The notes below the pieces were generated by a model, which saw only the letters and a program-made list of their open reading frames with translations, did not search any database and was not told the origin of the DNA. Shown piece by piece: positions 25,766-35,600 of a DNA stretch of 62,965 bases (within the stretch, counting starts at the first letter, position 1; each line of letters starts with the position of its first letter). This DNA comes from Thermoplasmatota archaeon (GTDB lineage: Archaea > Thermoplasmatota > Penumbrarchaeia > Penumbrarchaeales > Penumbrarchaeaceae): positions 1-62,965 of the forward strand of contig JBLIRH010000007.1 of NCBI GenBank assembly GCA_049472215.1, given 5' to 3'. Made by a program: the position numbers and the translations under genes.

Positions 25766-26005
25766 ATGGTAGTCGAATCGAGACTAATGGGTTTTGTAAG
25801 GCGGTCCCGCAACGGTGGGGCGATCAAACTGAGCATTGCACGCGACGCGTTCAGCGCGGCGGAGAGGTACCAGAGCTCCGACGGGACAGAATACGTCGGC
25901 ATGGTGATCAATCTCAACAAGCTGAGGAACCTCCTGACGGGAGAGCAGGAGGTCACCGCCATCAGTCAGCTAGTGGAAGCTCCCTCAGCAGAGGCATCCC
26001 AGTAG
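25766..26005 (+). CDS. hypothetical small protein (79 aa)
   Basis: ATG preceded by GGAGG at proper spacing. The sequence is non-low-complexity (GAIKLSIARDAF...EYVGMVINLNKLRNLLTGEQEVTAISQL). No family recognised. Confidence 0.45.
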   Translation: MVVESRLMGFVRRSRNGGAIKLSIARDAFSAAERYQSSDGTEYVGMVINLNKLRNLLTGEQEVTAISQLVEAPSAEASQ

Positions 26006-26051
26006 GATGAGCGGTCTCTCCCGAGGGTGGGGGTACCCCCGCCCCCACCCA

Positions 26052-26819
26052 TTATATTTCGTTCACCAAAGCAACGATACCGCCTATCAGGGAGACCAGT
26101 CCAGCGAGGGAAACGAGAATGAGGGCGATCTTCCTGAAAACCTTCTCTTTCACCACCTTCGAGGCCTTGGTCCCAAGGAATATTCCCAAAAGGGCAACAG
26201 GAAGGGTCGCACCGGCAAGGACCAGAACATCGCTCGTTATCAAACCCACAAGGGTGAAAATGAACAGCGTTGCGACGTTGAGGAAGAAGAAATAGGTCAC
26301 CGTGTTCGCCCGGAAGTTCCTCTTTCGGACCTTCTGGTTCGCGAAGAAAAGAATGACCGGCGGTCCGCTCATGGAAACGCTTCCGTTGAGAAGACCGCTG
26401 ATGATCCCGATGGGGACCTTGAAGATCCTCTCCCTCTTGATCTCGAAAGCTCTCCCGGAAAGCAGTATAAGACCGAAGAGCACTATCACGGCCCCGATCA
26501 TTATCTTGATGATGTCCGGCGACAGGATGATCAGCAGGTAGGTCCCGAAGGGGAGGCCGATCAGCCCCCCGAGGAGGATGGGGGCAACCCTTCCGGCCTG
26601 AATATGCTTCCTGGCCTCGATGGCGAGAAGTTCATTCATTATCAGACCATGGACCAGAACTACAGGGATCAGCACCTTCGGCTCTATCAGAAGCACAAGT
26701 ACCGGGACCATCACCAGTCCGGAACCGAACCCAACCAGACCCTGAACGAAACCCGCCAGCAGCACAATGGCCACGACCAGTATCCATAACAGCCCGAGGT
26801 CCACGAGGGTCCAGTACAT
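26052..26819 (-). CDS. TauE/SafE family sulfite/anion exporter-like membrane protein
   Basis: 8-TM-like profile with AGFVQGLVGFGSGLVMVPVL and a repeated second half (SGLLNGSVSMSGPPVILF). Confidence 0.85.
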   Translation of the reverse strand: MYWTLVDLGLLWILVVAIVLLAGFVQGLVGFGSGLVMVPVLVLLIEPKVLIPVVLVHGLIMNELLAIEARKHIQAGRVAPILLGGLIGLPFGTYLLIILSPDIIKIMIGAVIVLFGLILLSGRAFEIKRERIFKVPIGIISGLLNGSVSMSGPPVILFFANQKVRKRNFRANTVTYFFFLNVATLFIFTLVGLITSDVLVLAGATLPVALLGIFLGTKASKVVKEKVFRKIALILVSLAGLVSLIGGIVALVNEI

Positions 26820-26844
26820 CTAATGGATTTCAATATTATCCCGC

Positions 26845-27570
26845 TCAATCCCTCGAGCCGAAGTAGAATCCGATCACAGCAATTGATAACCTTATCGGCA
26901 GAGGATGCACCATATCCGCAAGGCCGCCGAAGAAAAGCACCATCAGAAAAGCGGCGATCAACAGAAGGAGCAGGGCCTTGGCATGTTTGAAAAATACGGG
27001 GGTCTCGAACTTCAGCCAATCGCTCCTCGTCTTCCTGGCGAGATAGCCGATCACAAGACCGGTGAGTATGAAATAGAACTCAATGTGATCATGTCTTGCG
27101 ATCCTTCCGGTTGCGACCAGCACGACGAGGGCTATCATGAAGCCTCCCACAACTATCCATCTAACGTATCCCCTTGGAAGATGAAGCGGATGCTTTGCTT
27201 CTTTATCAACGACCTCTCTTGATGTCGCTTTCGAAGGCTGGGCCACCCTGAAGGCGAAATAGTAGCCTATCATGACCAGGACCAGGTTCAGGAGGTAGTT
27301 CGGCACCTCCCTGCCCCATATCAGCAGGACCCAGCATATCAACGAGATCGATATGAGCAGCAGGGCCCGCACCGACCCTCTTGGGAGCCGCAGAGGCTCA
27401 CCTTTACCCCTGTCCGCGAGGTTGACGTATCTGTAGTCCCGCTTATCCCTGTTCCATTTCACCAGGAATTCGCTCCTGCAACCGATACAGGTGAACCGGG
27501 CGCCAATGGTCAATCTCTCAGTTATTGCATTACCGCAGACAGGGCACTTTTCCACGTTCTCTCCCGTCAT
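26845..27570 (-). CDS. N-terminal zinc-ribbon, polytopic membrane protein (hypothetical)
   Basis: CPVCG...CIGC ribbon followed by about 6 TM helices. Internal repeat PLRLPRGSVR / PLHLPRGYVR. Confidence 0.65.
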   Translation of the reverse strand: MTGENVEKCPVCGNAITERLTIGARFTCIGCRSEFLVKWNRDKRDYRYVNLADRGKGEPLRLPRGSVRALLLISISLICWVLLIWGREVPNYLLNLVLVMIGYYFAFRVAQPSKATSREVVDKEAKHPLHLPRGYVRWIVVGGFMIALVVLVATGRIARHDHIEFYFILTGLVIGYLARKTRSDWLKFETPVFFKHAKALLLLLIAAFLMVLFFGGLADMVHPLPIRLSIAVIGFYFGSRD

Positions 27571-27648
27571 TTCTAACCCTCTATCACGGATTACATAACT
27601 TTGAGAGGGTTTATTTATTGTCTAAAAATAATATATAGAACTATATAT

Positions 27649-28368
27649 TTATATGATGAAAGGAGTCCGCTTTTTATATTCGCCGTAATCATGGTCCTTT
27701 CCCATCTCCCTCTCCTCCTTGATACAGACCCTGATGTAGACCGCGATGAGGATGGAGCCGAATATCACCGTCAAAAGTGTTGTCCATCCGACCATCCAGC
27801 CGTATATCACGAGCATGAATCCCAGATATTGGGGGTGCCGGGATATCGAATAGATGCCGGTGGTAACAAGACCCTCCTCATCCACCCGCCTGTATAATGT
27901 CACCCATCCCGCCAGGACGATCACCGTTCCAAGGAGCATTAAAAAGGCCCCGTAGGCCATCGGCGCCGTGAGGGAGAAACCTGTTCCCAGCAACCTTACC
28001 GTAAAAAGGGCATTCACCGGAGTGTCGGGTGAAGCATGGAATGCCCTGGACGCGAACATCACGGTGAGAGGGATACCGTACATCTCCACGAACAGGGAGA
28101 CGAAGAATGCGGTCACCAGGCCGAACTCCTTCAATGACACCTTCTTCCTGAAGGTCAGTGGTATCAGGAACGATGTGAAGAGGACGATATTGATCAGCAC
28201 TATATGCCACTGGCCGGTGACCATGGAACCCTCGATGCCTCCGGTGAAATGGGCCTTGAAATGGTCCCAGAAGAACGGCATCATGAGAAATGGCAGAAGG
28301 AGGACGACCGCAGCAGCGGCCCTTACGGACCATTTGAGACGCGGCCTAGCCCCTGCATCCATGACCAT
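27649..28368 (-). CDS. isoprenylcysteine carboxyl / phospholipid methyltransferase family membrane protein
   Basis: C-terminal signature LVTTGIYSISRHPQYLGFMLVIYGW...EEREM. Confidence 0.75.
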   Translation of the reverse strand: MVMDAGARPRLKWSVRAAAAVVLLLPFLMMPFFWDHFKAHFTGGIEGSMVTGQWHIVLINIVLFTSFLIPLTFRKKVSLKEFGLVTAFFVSLFVEMYGIPLTVMFASRAFHASPDTPVNALFTVRLLGTGFSLTAPMAYGAFLMLLGTVIVLAGWVTLYRRVDEEGLVTTGIYSISRHPQYLGFMLVIYGWMVGWTTLLTVIFGSILIAVYIRVCIKEEREMGKDHDYGEYKKRTPFII

Positions 28369-28407
28369 GATAGGTCAGCTCTTTCAAGCAACTATAACGT
28401 TTTTCCT

Positions 28408-29091
28408 TCAATACCGGAGCAACTCGGGCCTGTCCGATATCATTCCACTGACGCCAAGGCCGGCCAGTTTCAGTACCTCTGCCTTGTCGTTCACCGTCCA
28501 TGCGATGATGCCGAGTCCTGCCGATCCCGCCATTTCCACCATTTTACTGTCAATGAGGTCCTTCCTGGGGAGAACGTACTTGATCCCGATCTCACTGGTG
28601 AAATCCACACCCATCGAGGGATGGTCCTCGAACAGGAATCCCAGGGGAATAGCTTTCAGGAGCTCCCTGGCCTGCAGGATCTCGACAGGCATGAAGGAAG
28701 AGACAATGATATCCTCTGCTCTCCACCTTCCCCTTCCGATCTGCTCGGCCAGCATTTCGGAGACCGGTTCCGCTGTATCGGGTCCCTTCAGCTCGATATC
28801 GATCCCCGCCTTTCCCCGGAACTCGTCGAGAACCTCCGAAAGGAGGGGGACCTTCTCCCCCGAACCGGCATCCAATTCTCTAAGCTCTCTCAAACCGAGG
28901 TCCGATACCGCTCCCGTTCCGTCGGTCGTCCTGTTCACGGTCTCGTCGTGTATTACGACGAGTTCCCCGGACCCGCACAGGCGGACATCGAACTCGATCA
29001 TTTCCGCACCGAGCTCCACGGCCCTCCTGAATGACCGGAGAGTGTTCTCGGGCTCATGGGAGGACGCCCCGCGGTGCCCGATCTTCAGCAT
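28408..29091 (-). CDS. glycerophosphodiester phosphodiesterase
   Basis: GHRGASSHEPENTLRSF, IEFDVRL, and VVIHDETVNRTTDG are GDPD catalytic motifs. Confidence 0.9.
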   Translation of the reverse strand: MLKIGHRGASSHEPENTLRSFRRAVELGAEMIEFDVRLCGSGELVVIHDETVNRTTDGTGAVSDLGLRELRELDAGSGEKVPLLSEVLDEFRGKAGIDIELKGPDTAEPVSEMLAEQIGRGRWRAEDIIVSSFMPVEILQARELLKAIPLGFLFEDHPSMGVDFTSEIGIKYVLPRKDLIDSKMVEMAGSAGLGIIAWTVNDKAEVLKLAGLGVSGMISDRPELLRY

Positions 29092-29094
29092 GTG

Positions 29095-31506
29095 TCATCC
29101 TCCGGCCGATGGAGGCCTGCTCTCGACCTCCCGAAGCTTCTGTCCCCTGTTCCCCCGGATGAACATCAGAAGTATAACGCCTGCAAGGATCAGGAAACCG
29201 AACAGCGACCCTACCAGAAGGATGACGAAGCTCATGCCCTCGTCCGGACCATCCGGCATGGTTCCGTTGGTGTTTACGGGGTCGTAATCATCGTCGATGG
29301 CGTCATCATCGTCATCGGTGACCGTCCCGGGAATTATCACTATCCCGTCGTCGTCAGCCGTATCATCATCGTCCCCTGTTCCCGGATCGGTCCCTGGACC
29401 CACATCATCATCATCATCGGAGATGTCGTCGTCATCCGATATCACTGGATAGTCCAGAGGATCGAGCGGATCGGTCCCGTAGAAAAGTTCATCGACGTCG
29501 AAGAAACCGTCGTTGTCATCGTCCGGGTCCTCCTTGTCAGGAATGCCGTCATCGTCGCTGTCCAGCTCAGGTGGGTCCATCGTCCTGAAGGAGAGGTAAT
29601 ATGTGGACTGCAGTTTCTCTCCTTTCACCCCGGAGACGCCCCGTATCTCTACGGTATAGGTCGTCCCGTAGGTGAGCATATCCCTCGGGGTTGCTTCAAG
29701 GGTGTAATATATGCTGTCATAGGAGACCTCGAAATACACCGGGGTGCTCCCCGGACCGGAGACCGTCATTTCCAGGGAAGAAGGATCGATGTCCTTGTCG
29801 AATCGAACCTGTATCGTTGTCAACACATCGATGTCCAGGTCCCCGTTCTCCGGGGTCGTTCCCAGAACCTTGATGAATGGCCTCCCGAGAAGGACAATGT
29901 CGATGTGGTCCCCGCCCTCTATCTCGATATCACCTTGATACGGAAGGTAGCCCGGTTCGTCGATGGTGAAATTGTAATCATGTACGTTCTTCTCTCCGGG
30001 ATCATTGCCGTCGCCATCCCCGTTCAGGTCCCTCTGGTCATAGTGGACCAGGTACCTCTCCGCTATTCCGTTCGGACCTGTCCCCACCGCCCTCTTGTAC
30101 CCTGTTTCATTGATTATGTTGATCGTCACGTCGGGAAGGGGATCACCTGCCTCATCGGTGACGAGGAAGCTGCAGGTGTGATCCACCAGCAGTCTGGACC
30201 TATCGTCCCCGAAGCTGACCGCCTGGCCCTCGAATTCGGAATCCAGGGTCGTAACGGTGGAACCCTCGCCGATATTGAAGTGCCATACCTCGGACCCGGA
30301 AGGTCCCCCCCAGGGGCCCCCGATCTTCGAATCGATGACGTCGATCACCGATGAGTCCCTAAGGAAGAACTGGTCGCCAAGGTTGCCATCCACGTTTGAG
30401 TCGGCGAGTTCCAAATATGCATTCGATATCTGGAACCCGTCATCATCGTTCTGCCTTACCTCCGACGAATAGACCTTCGCCCTTGAACCGTTGAAGATCC
30501 TTATCCCGTCGTAGCTGTTGCTGTTGACCTCGCAGTCCGTGATCTCGACGATGGAATCGTTGATGCTTATCCCAACGTAAAGGTTATCGCGAACGGTGTC
30601 CCCGGCTATCGTCGGTCTGGAATCCACTTTGATGTTGTATCCGGCCTCGTTGTTATGCAATCGATTGTTCTCCATTATCGCGTTCGAATACCACAGCAGC
30701 ATCCCGTTAAGGCAGCCGTATATGTTGTTGTTGGATACCCTTGGATACATATACCCGTTGAGGAGGATCCCGTTGTTGTCGATGTCGTAGATCGTATTGG
30801 AATCTATAGTGGGGGAAGAGTAGAAACCGGAGACGATCCCGAACTTCTGTCTGTATACCTGGTTCTTCGATATCAACGGGGACGAGGTGCCGTTCGTGTA
30901 GATCGCCGCACCCCCGTTCTCGTAGAAATGGTTCCCTATTATCCTGGGGGACGAGGTTTCTACATGGAGGACATCGCCCATGCATCTGAAGAAGGAGGAA
31001 TTGAGGATCTGAACGCTGCTCGACCGGACCTCTATGCCATGGTCCCATGGGGCATCCGGATCACCGTAGATCTCGGATACCGAGACCGATTCGAACAGGA
31101 CGTTTCCTCTGAGCACCATGCGGAAATGCAGCGAGGGGTCCGTCGAGCTTATTATTGATTCATGGGCCACGAAAGCTCCACCGTCCATTACCTGAAGGCC
31201 GAACTGACCGTCCGATGTGCAGTTGAACCTGAACTCGACATTGTCCAATACAAGCCTGCCGCTGGCCTCGATGATCAGGTTCCCGTTGGCGATTATCACG
31301 GCGTTGGCCCAATTTATGTCATCACCGGATTCGATCACCCAATCCCCGTAGGTCTCGTATACCCCTCCTGATCCCAGCTGGGGCGGGTTCTGTTCAGCAG
31401 CGGCCGGGTTGACCATAACGGTGGAGGCTATAATTGAAAGGATAAGGACCAAGACCCTGACGTGATACTCCCCATTCATTCCCATTCGGGGATTGATGAT
31501 TTCCAT
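29095..31506 (-). CDS. surface protein (803 aa): right-handed parallel beta-helix (PbH1/NosD-like) repeats, Ig-like module, Asp-rich TSP3-like region, C-terminal TM anchor
   Basis: Tandem ~22-aa turns (NHFYENGGAAIYTNGTSSPLISKNQVY...SNTIYDIDNNGILLNGYMYPRVSNNNIYGCLNGMLL...). DSDDDGIPDKEDPDDDNDGFFD. TM helix SFVILLVGSLFGFLILAGVILLMFI. The start could also be M8 or M10. Confidence 0.8.
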   Translation of the reverse strand: MEIINPRMGMNGEYHVRVLVLILSIIASTVMVNPAAAEQNPPQLGSGGVYETYGDWVIESGDDINWANAVIIANGNLIIEASGRLVLDNVEFRFNCTSDGQFGLQVMDGGAFVAHESIISSTDPSLHFRMVLRGNVLFESVSVSEIYGDPDAPWDHGIEVRSSSVQILNSSFFRCMGDVLHVETSSPRIIGNHFYENGGAAIYTNGTSSPLISKNQVYRQKFGIVSGFYSSPTIDSNTIYDIDNNGILLNGYMYPRVSNNNIYGCLNGMLLWYSNAIMENNRLHNNEAGYNIKVDSRPTIAGDTVRDNLYVGISINDSIVEITDCEVNSNSYDGIRIFNGSRAKVYSSEVRQNDDDGFQISNAYLELADSNVDGNLGDQFFLRDSSVIDVIDSKIGGPWGGPSGSEVWHFNIGEGSTVTTLDSEFEGQAVSFGDDRSRLLVDHTCSFLVTDEAGDPLPDVTINIINETGYKRAVGTGPNGIAERYLVHYDQRDLNGDGDGNDPGEKNVHDYNFTIDEPGYLPYQGDIEIEGGDHIDIVLLGRPFIKVLGTTPENGDLDIDVLTTIQVRFDKDIDPSSLEMTVSGPGSTPVYFEVSYDSIYYTLEATPRDMLTYGTTYTVEIRGVSGVKGEKLQSTYYLSFRTMDPPELDSDDDGIPDKEDPDDDNDGFFDVDELFYGTDPLDPLDYPVISDDDDISDDDDDVGPGTDPGTGDDDDTADDDGIVIIPGTVTDDDDDAIDDDYDPVNTNGTMPDGPDEGMSFVILLVGSLFGFLILAGVILLMFIRGNRGQKLREVESRPPSAGG

Positions 31507-31545
31507 TGCTTATTAAAACATTGGGTACATGTTTGCAACGAAATA

Positions 31546-32634
31546 TCAGAAAGGGAGCTTTCCGGGGTCCATTCCCAGATCGTCAATTATCTGGAGAATC
31601 TCTCTACGAAGGCTCGGACCGATAGGAGCGCCGAGGTCCCTGTTCTCGAGCCAGTAGACGTGCTCCTTCTCACCGGCCGTATATATCCTTTCCTCCGAAG
31701 GGGCCCTTCTGGAGGACCTGAGCTGTCTCATTATCTCGCCCGCCGTCGCTTTGAACTCGTCAATGGGGCAGAAGGCCTCGATGTCCACGGCTATGAAGAA
31801 GTGACCGACGTTCACACCGTTTATCATCTTCAGGTAGGGGCCCGCCTGAAGGGCTGACGACAGGACCTCGACCACGGTGGAATATCCGTATCCTTTGTAT
31901 CCCGCGGTCTCTTCAAGACCTCCAAGTGGGAGGAGTGCCGCGCGTCCTTCCACAAGCGCTTCCAGGATCTCACGGCTGTCCGTCATCGATCCTCCGTCCT
32001 CCCCGACGACCAGGCCGGGCGGTATCGGTCTGTGGGTCCTGGCATAGTATTCGATCTTCCCCCTCTGCCATATGGATGTCGCGCAGTCGAGGACGAATGG
32101 GAAATCCTCATCAGTTGGAAAGGCAATTGTGAACGGATTGGTGCCGAGCATCCCCTCGGTCCCGAAAGTGGGAGCGACCGCAGGCCGGGCGTTGGTCCCT
32201 GTCATCCCCACCATGCCGGAGTCGGCGGCCATCTTGGCATAGTATCCGGCGATCCCGTAATGTGTGGAGTTCCTGACCGCCACCATGCCCATCCCGTATT
32301 TCCCTGCTTTTTCAATAGCAATGTCCATCGACCTTTTCCCAATGGCATGTCCAAGACCGAAATGCCCGTCAACGACAGCAGTCGTGGGGGTTTCCCTGAC
32401 GACCTCCATCTTCGCTCCCGGATCGAGGAGACCCTTCCTGATCCTGTCGTAATAGAAAGGTTTGAACCTGTTGATCCCGTGTGAGTGGATCCCCCTCCTG
32501 TCGGCCTCGACCACCACCTCGGCGCATATCTCGGCATCTTCGGCCGGGACGCCGATCCTAAGCAAAGCTTCAAGCATGAACTCCTTCAGGACCTCAAAAG
32601 GCACCCTTGCGATATCATCCGGCATATCGATCAC
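31546..32634 (-). CDS. Ldh_2 family (malate / L-sulfolactate / 2-hydroxyacid) dehydrogenase
   Basis: GIHSHGINRF, GHFGLGH, and TNPFTIAFP are typical of the type-2 malate/L-lactate dehydrogenase family. Confidence 0.88.
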   Translation of the reverse strand: MIDMPDDIARVPFEVLKEFMLEALLRIGVPAEDAEICAEVVVEADRRGIHSHGINRFKPFYYDRIRKGLLDPGAKMEVVRETPTTAVVDGHFGLGHAIGKRSMDIAIEKAGKYGMGMVAVRNSTHYGIAGYYAKMAADSGMVGMTGTNARPAVAPTFGTEGMLGTNPFTIAFPTDEDFPFVLDCATSIWQRGKIEYYARTHRPIPPGLVVGEDGGSMTDSREILEALVEGRAALLPLGGLEETAGYKGYGYSTVVEVLSSALQAGPYLKMINGVNVGHFFIAVDIEAFCPIDEFKATAGEIMRQLRSSRRAPSEERIYTAGEKEHVYWLENRDLGAPIGPSLRREILQIIDDLGMDPGKLPF

Positions 32635-32677
32635 CTGACACGGGACAAAACGGCAGGGATATGGAACTCCGCCTAGA

Positions 32678-35600
32678 CTACGCGGAAGCCCTACCCTTCG
32701 CGCCGCAGAACGGACATATTATGGATGGATCGCCGCTTTTTACCTTGAAGGTTCCAGAGCAGCTCGGGCAGCGAAGTGTGTACTCCTCCGCGGGGCTTCC
32801 GCCGAACCTTTCCTTCAAGAGCTCAACGGTCCCATCGTCGAGGTCCCCTTCCGCACCGCATATCGGACATTTGGCCGTCTCGGTGACCTCCTCCAGTTCG
32901 AATAGGTTCTGACAGGAGGGGCATACTATGGGAACGGGTTCGATCGGGGCCTCCTCGTCCGCCTCGACCTCGGCTTGCGCACCCTCCTTCTCCGCCTCCT
33001 CCTCACCGGGAACATGGTCGATGGAACCGGTAGCTCCACAGTGCTTGCAGGTCATATGCAGGGGCCTTTCCCCCGTATCGGTGACCTTGAAGACCTTGGT
33101 GCAGGCCGGGCACTTGATCCTGATGGTCCTGGGAGCACTCGTTTCCTCCTTCGGAGGCTCGGCCTGCTTCGGTGTTTCGGCCGCCTTTGGCGGTTGTACC
33201 GCTGGAAGGCTCGGCTTCGCCTGACCGGGAGGCAGTCCGCCGGGAGCGACCATCGGAGGTATTCGCGGCCCGGGGATGGGCGGCGGAAGAAGATCGTCCC
33301 AGTCCCTTGGTTTCCTTCTTAACAAGAAGTACAGCCCGACACCGACGACCGCGATGATGGCGACCACAGCTATTATCAGGTACAAATTGAGCCCACCCTC
33401 GGACTGGTTCGAAATCCTGATCGTTATCGAGGTCTCGGACTGGATGTCCTCAGCATCGTTGACGGTGTATCGGACCGTCAATGTCAGGTCCCCGTTGGGA
33501 TGCTTCGCCGTATCAAGGTCGTAGGTCCACTGGGTCGTCCCATCCGCCGCCTTCCAGTCATTGTCCCCTTCCTTGACCTCTACTTTGTCGACCTCGAAGC
33601 CCCTGACCTCTCTTATCCTCCCTGAAATGGTCACGAGACCCGACACCTCGCTCCCCTCCGTAGGATAGGAAAGTGTGGGCGGCTCCATCTCCACGACAGT
33701 TACCGAGGTCCTCGTGCTCGATTCCAGAAGACCGTCGGTGACCCTTAGTTCGACCTCGTAGGTCCCTTTATCGAAATAGGTATGCCTGGCCTGGAAGGCC
33801 GAAACGGTCGAGGACTCCCCATCGCCGAAGTCCCAGTAATACTCCAGCTTGTTCCGGTCCGCCCTATCGTCATCGTCGGCGCTACCGGTGAAGGTCACCT
33901 GCGCTCCTGCAAGGACCTTTGTGGACGGGCCGACCCTGATGGACAGCGTGTCCGGAGGGTGATCGCCCCGAAGTTTTATTTCCAGCGTGTCCCAGAGGCC
34001 TCTGGGGTCGGTAACATTTAGCAGCACGGTCTTCAGACCGCTCGATGTCAGCTTGACCTTTACCTTCCTCCCCGTTTCATCCACGTCGTTGTCCTCAATA
34101 CCGTCGTCGTCGGAGTCCACCTGGGGATCGGTATCCCACGAATAGGTAAGATTGTTCTCCTCCCGATCGTTTATCTCACCGTTCCCGTCGGAATCATCAT
34201 CGGGGTCGATGGAAGGGGTCGCATCAAGCTCTATCTCTCCCCTTTCGTCGGAAAGCGGGACGATGATCTCCCCCTCGATCAGCTGGTTCGCTATGGCTGC
34301 GATCGGAGCCTCATTGGGATAGACCACCTTCACGATAGATGTGGATTCTCCCCAGGCAAATCCGTCAGATACCTGGAGAAGGACCTCGTACTCACCTTCG
34401 ACGTTGTATTTCCATGAAGGATCGAATCGGGAGGAGTCGAAGATCCCGTCCCCGTCGAAATCCCACCTGTATGACAGGGTATCATTATCGTTATCATAGG
34501 AGCCATTTGCCGAGATGACGAAGGATTCCCCCACCTCCACCGTTATCCCTTCATCGCTGACCGCTACCGGTACGGAATTGATGGATATGGTCAGGGCTAA
34601 CGCATCGGTGCTGTTCTCTTCGGACCCGTCATCAACGGTGAGGGACATCTCATATCTGCCGAAATCATCCCAGGAATGGGATACTTGGTCACCGGTCGCA
34701 GTGCTTCCCTCGCCAAAGTCCCATTGGTACTTCAGATCGTCCCCGTCGGGGTCCGAGGACAGGGCTGCCGAGAATTCTCCCGCCTCTGATTCGTTCAAGG
34801 TTGGCAGCGATCCTCTCAATTTGATGCCAACGGTCTTGATGATCGCCTCCGGAGGACGGTTGAAGGACCATATGTTGATCCAGTCAGAATCGGTGAGCCC
34901 GTCTGTGTCCTCTACCTCGAGTGTTATGTTATGGGGACCTTCCTGGAAGGTCGTTGAGACCACGGGACCGTACCCGATGACCACAGGCGCTGGAAGGTCC
35001 GTCCTCCAGGTGAAGTTCATCGTCTTGATGGTGTCGAAGGAGTTCGCGTCCTTGGTTCCCGATGCGTCCAATGTTACGAGCTCGGACTTTCCATACCTCA
35101 GGTCCGTCCTGGAGGGCCTTACAGATATGGAGACCTGAGGGGCGAAGGGGTCCTCCCTTACCTTGATATCCAGACTTTCCTCGGAGGAGCCGCCGTTCCC
35201 GTCCTCCACCCTGAGGGTTATCCTGTGCCATCCCAGCTCAGTCAGGACGGCTTTAAAGTATCTCTTCGTCGAGAGCTGGCCGGAAACGTTAGATGTCCAT
35301 CGGTAAGTAAGCTGTGCATCCCTGCCCTCCGGATCGCTGGTGCCGTTCGCCGTGAACTCTATTGGTGTGGACCTCATGTAGAACGGACCTTCGCTCCCGG
35401 TCGGAGCGGGAGACCCTATCGTGATCCTCGGGGGCTCATTGACATCCACTATGATATCCACCGTATCTACAGAGAACTGACCCGAGGGATCGGTCAGGGT
35501 CAGCTGGAACGTGATGGTCCCCACGACCGATACCGTGAAGGTGGGTGTGGAGGAGTTTGCCGGAGACACTTCTATTTCCGGGTGTGTTGTGCTCTCCCAT

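Noticed and set aside
27968-30354. Two long plus-strand ORFs (439 and 432 aa) spanning the methyltransferase, GDPD and beta-helix genes.
   Set aside because: They run antisense to genes with clear GDPD, ICMT and PbH1 motifs. Their translations are Ser/Pro/Arg- or Val/Asp/Gly-rich mirror images without recognisable domains.
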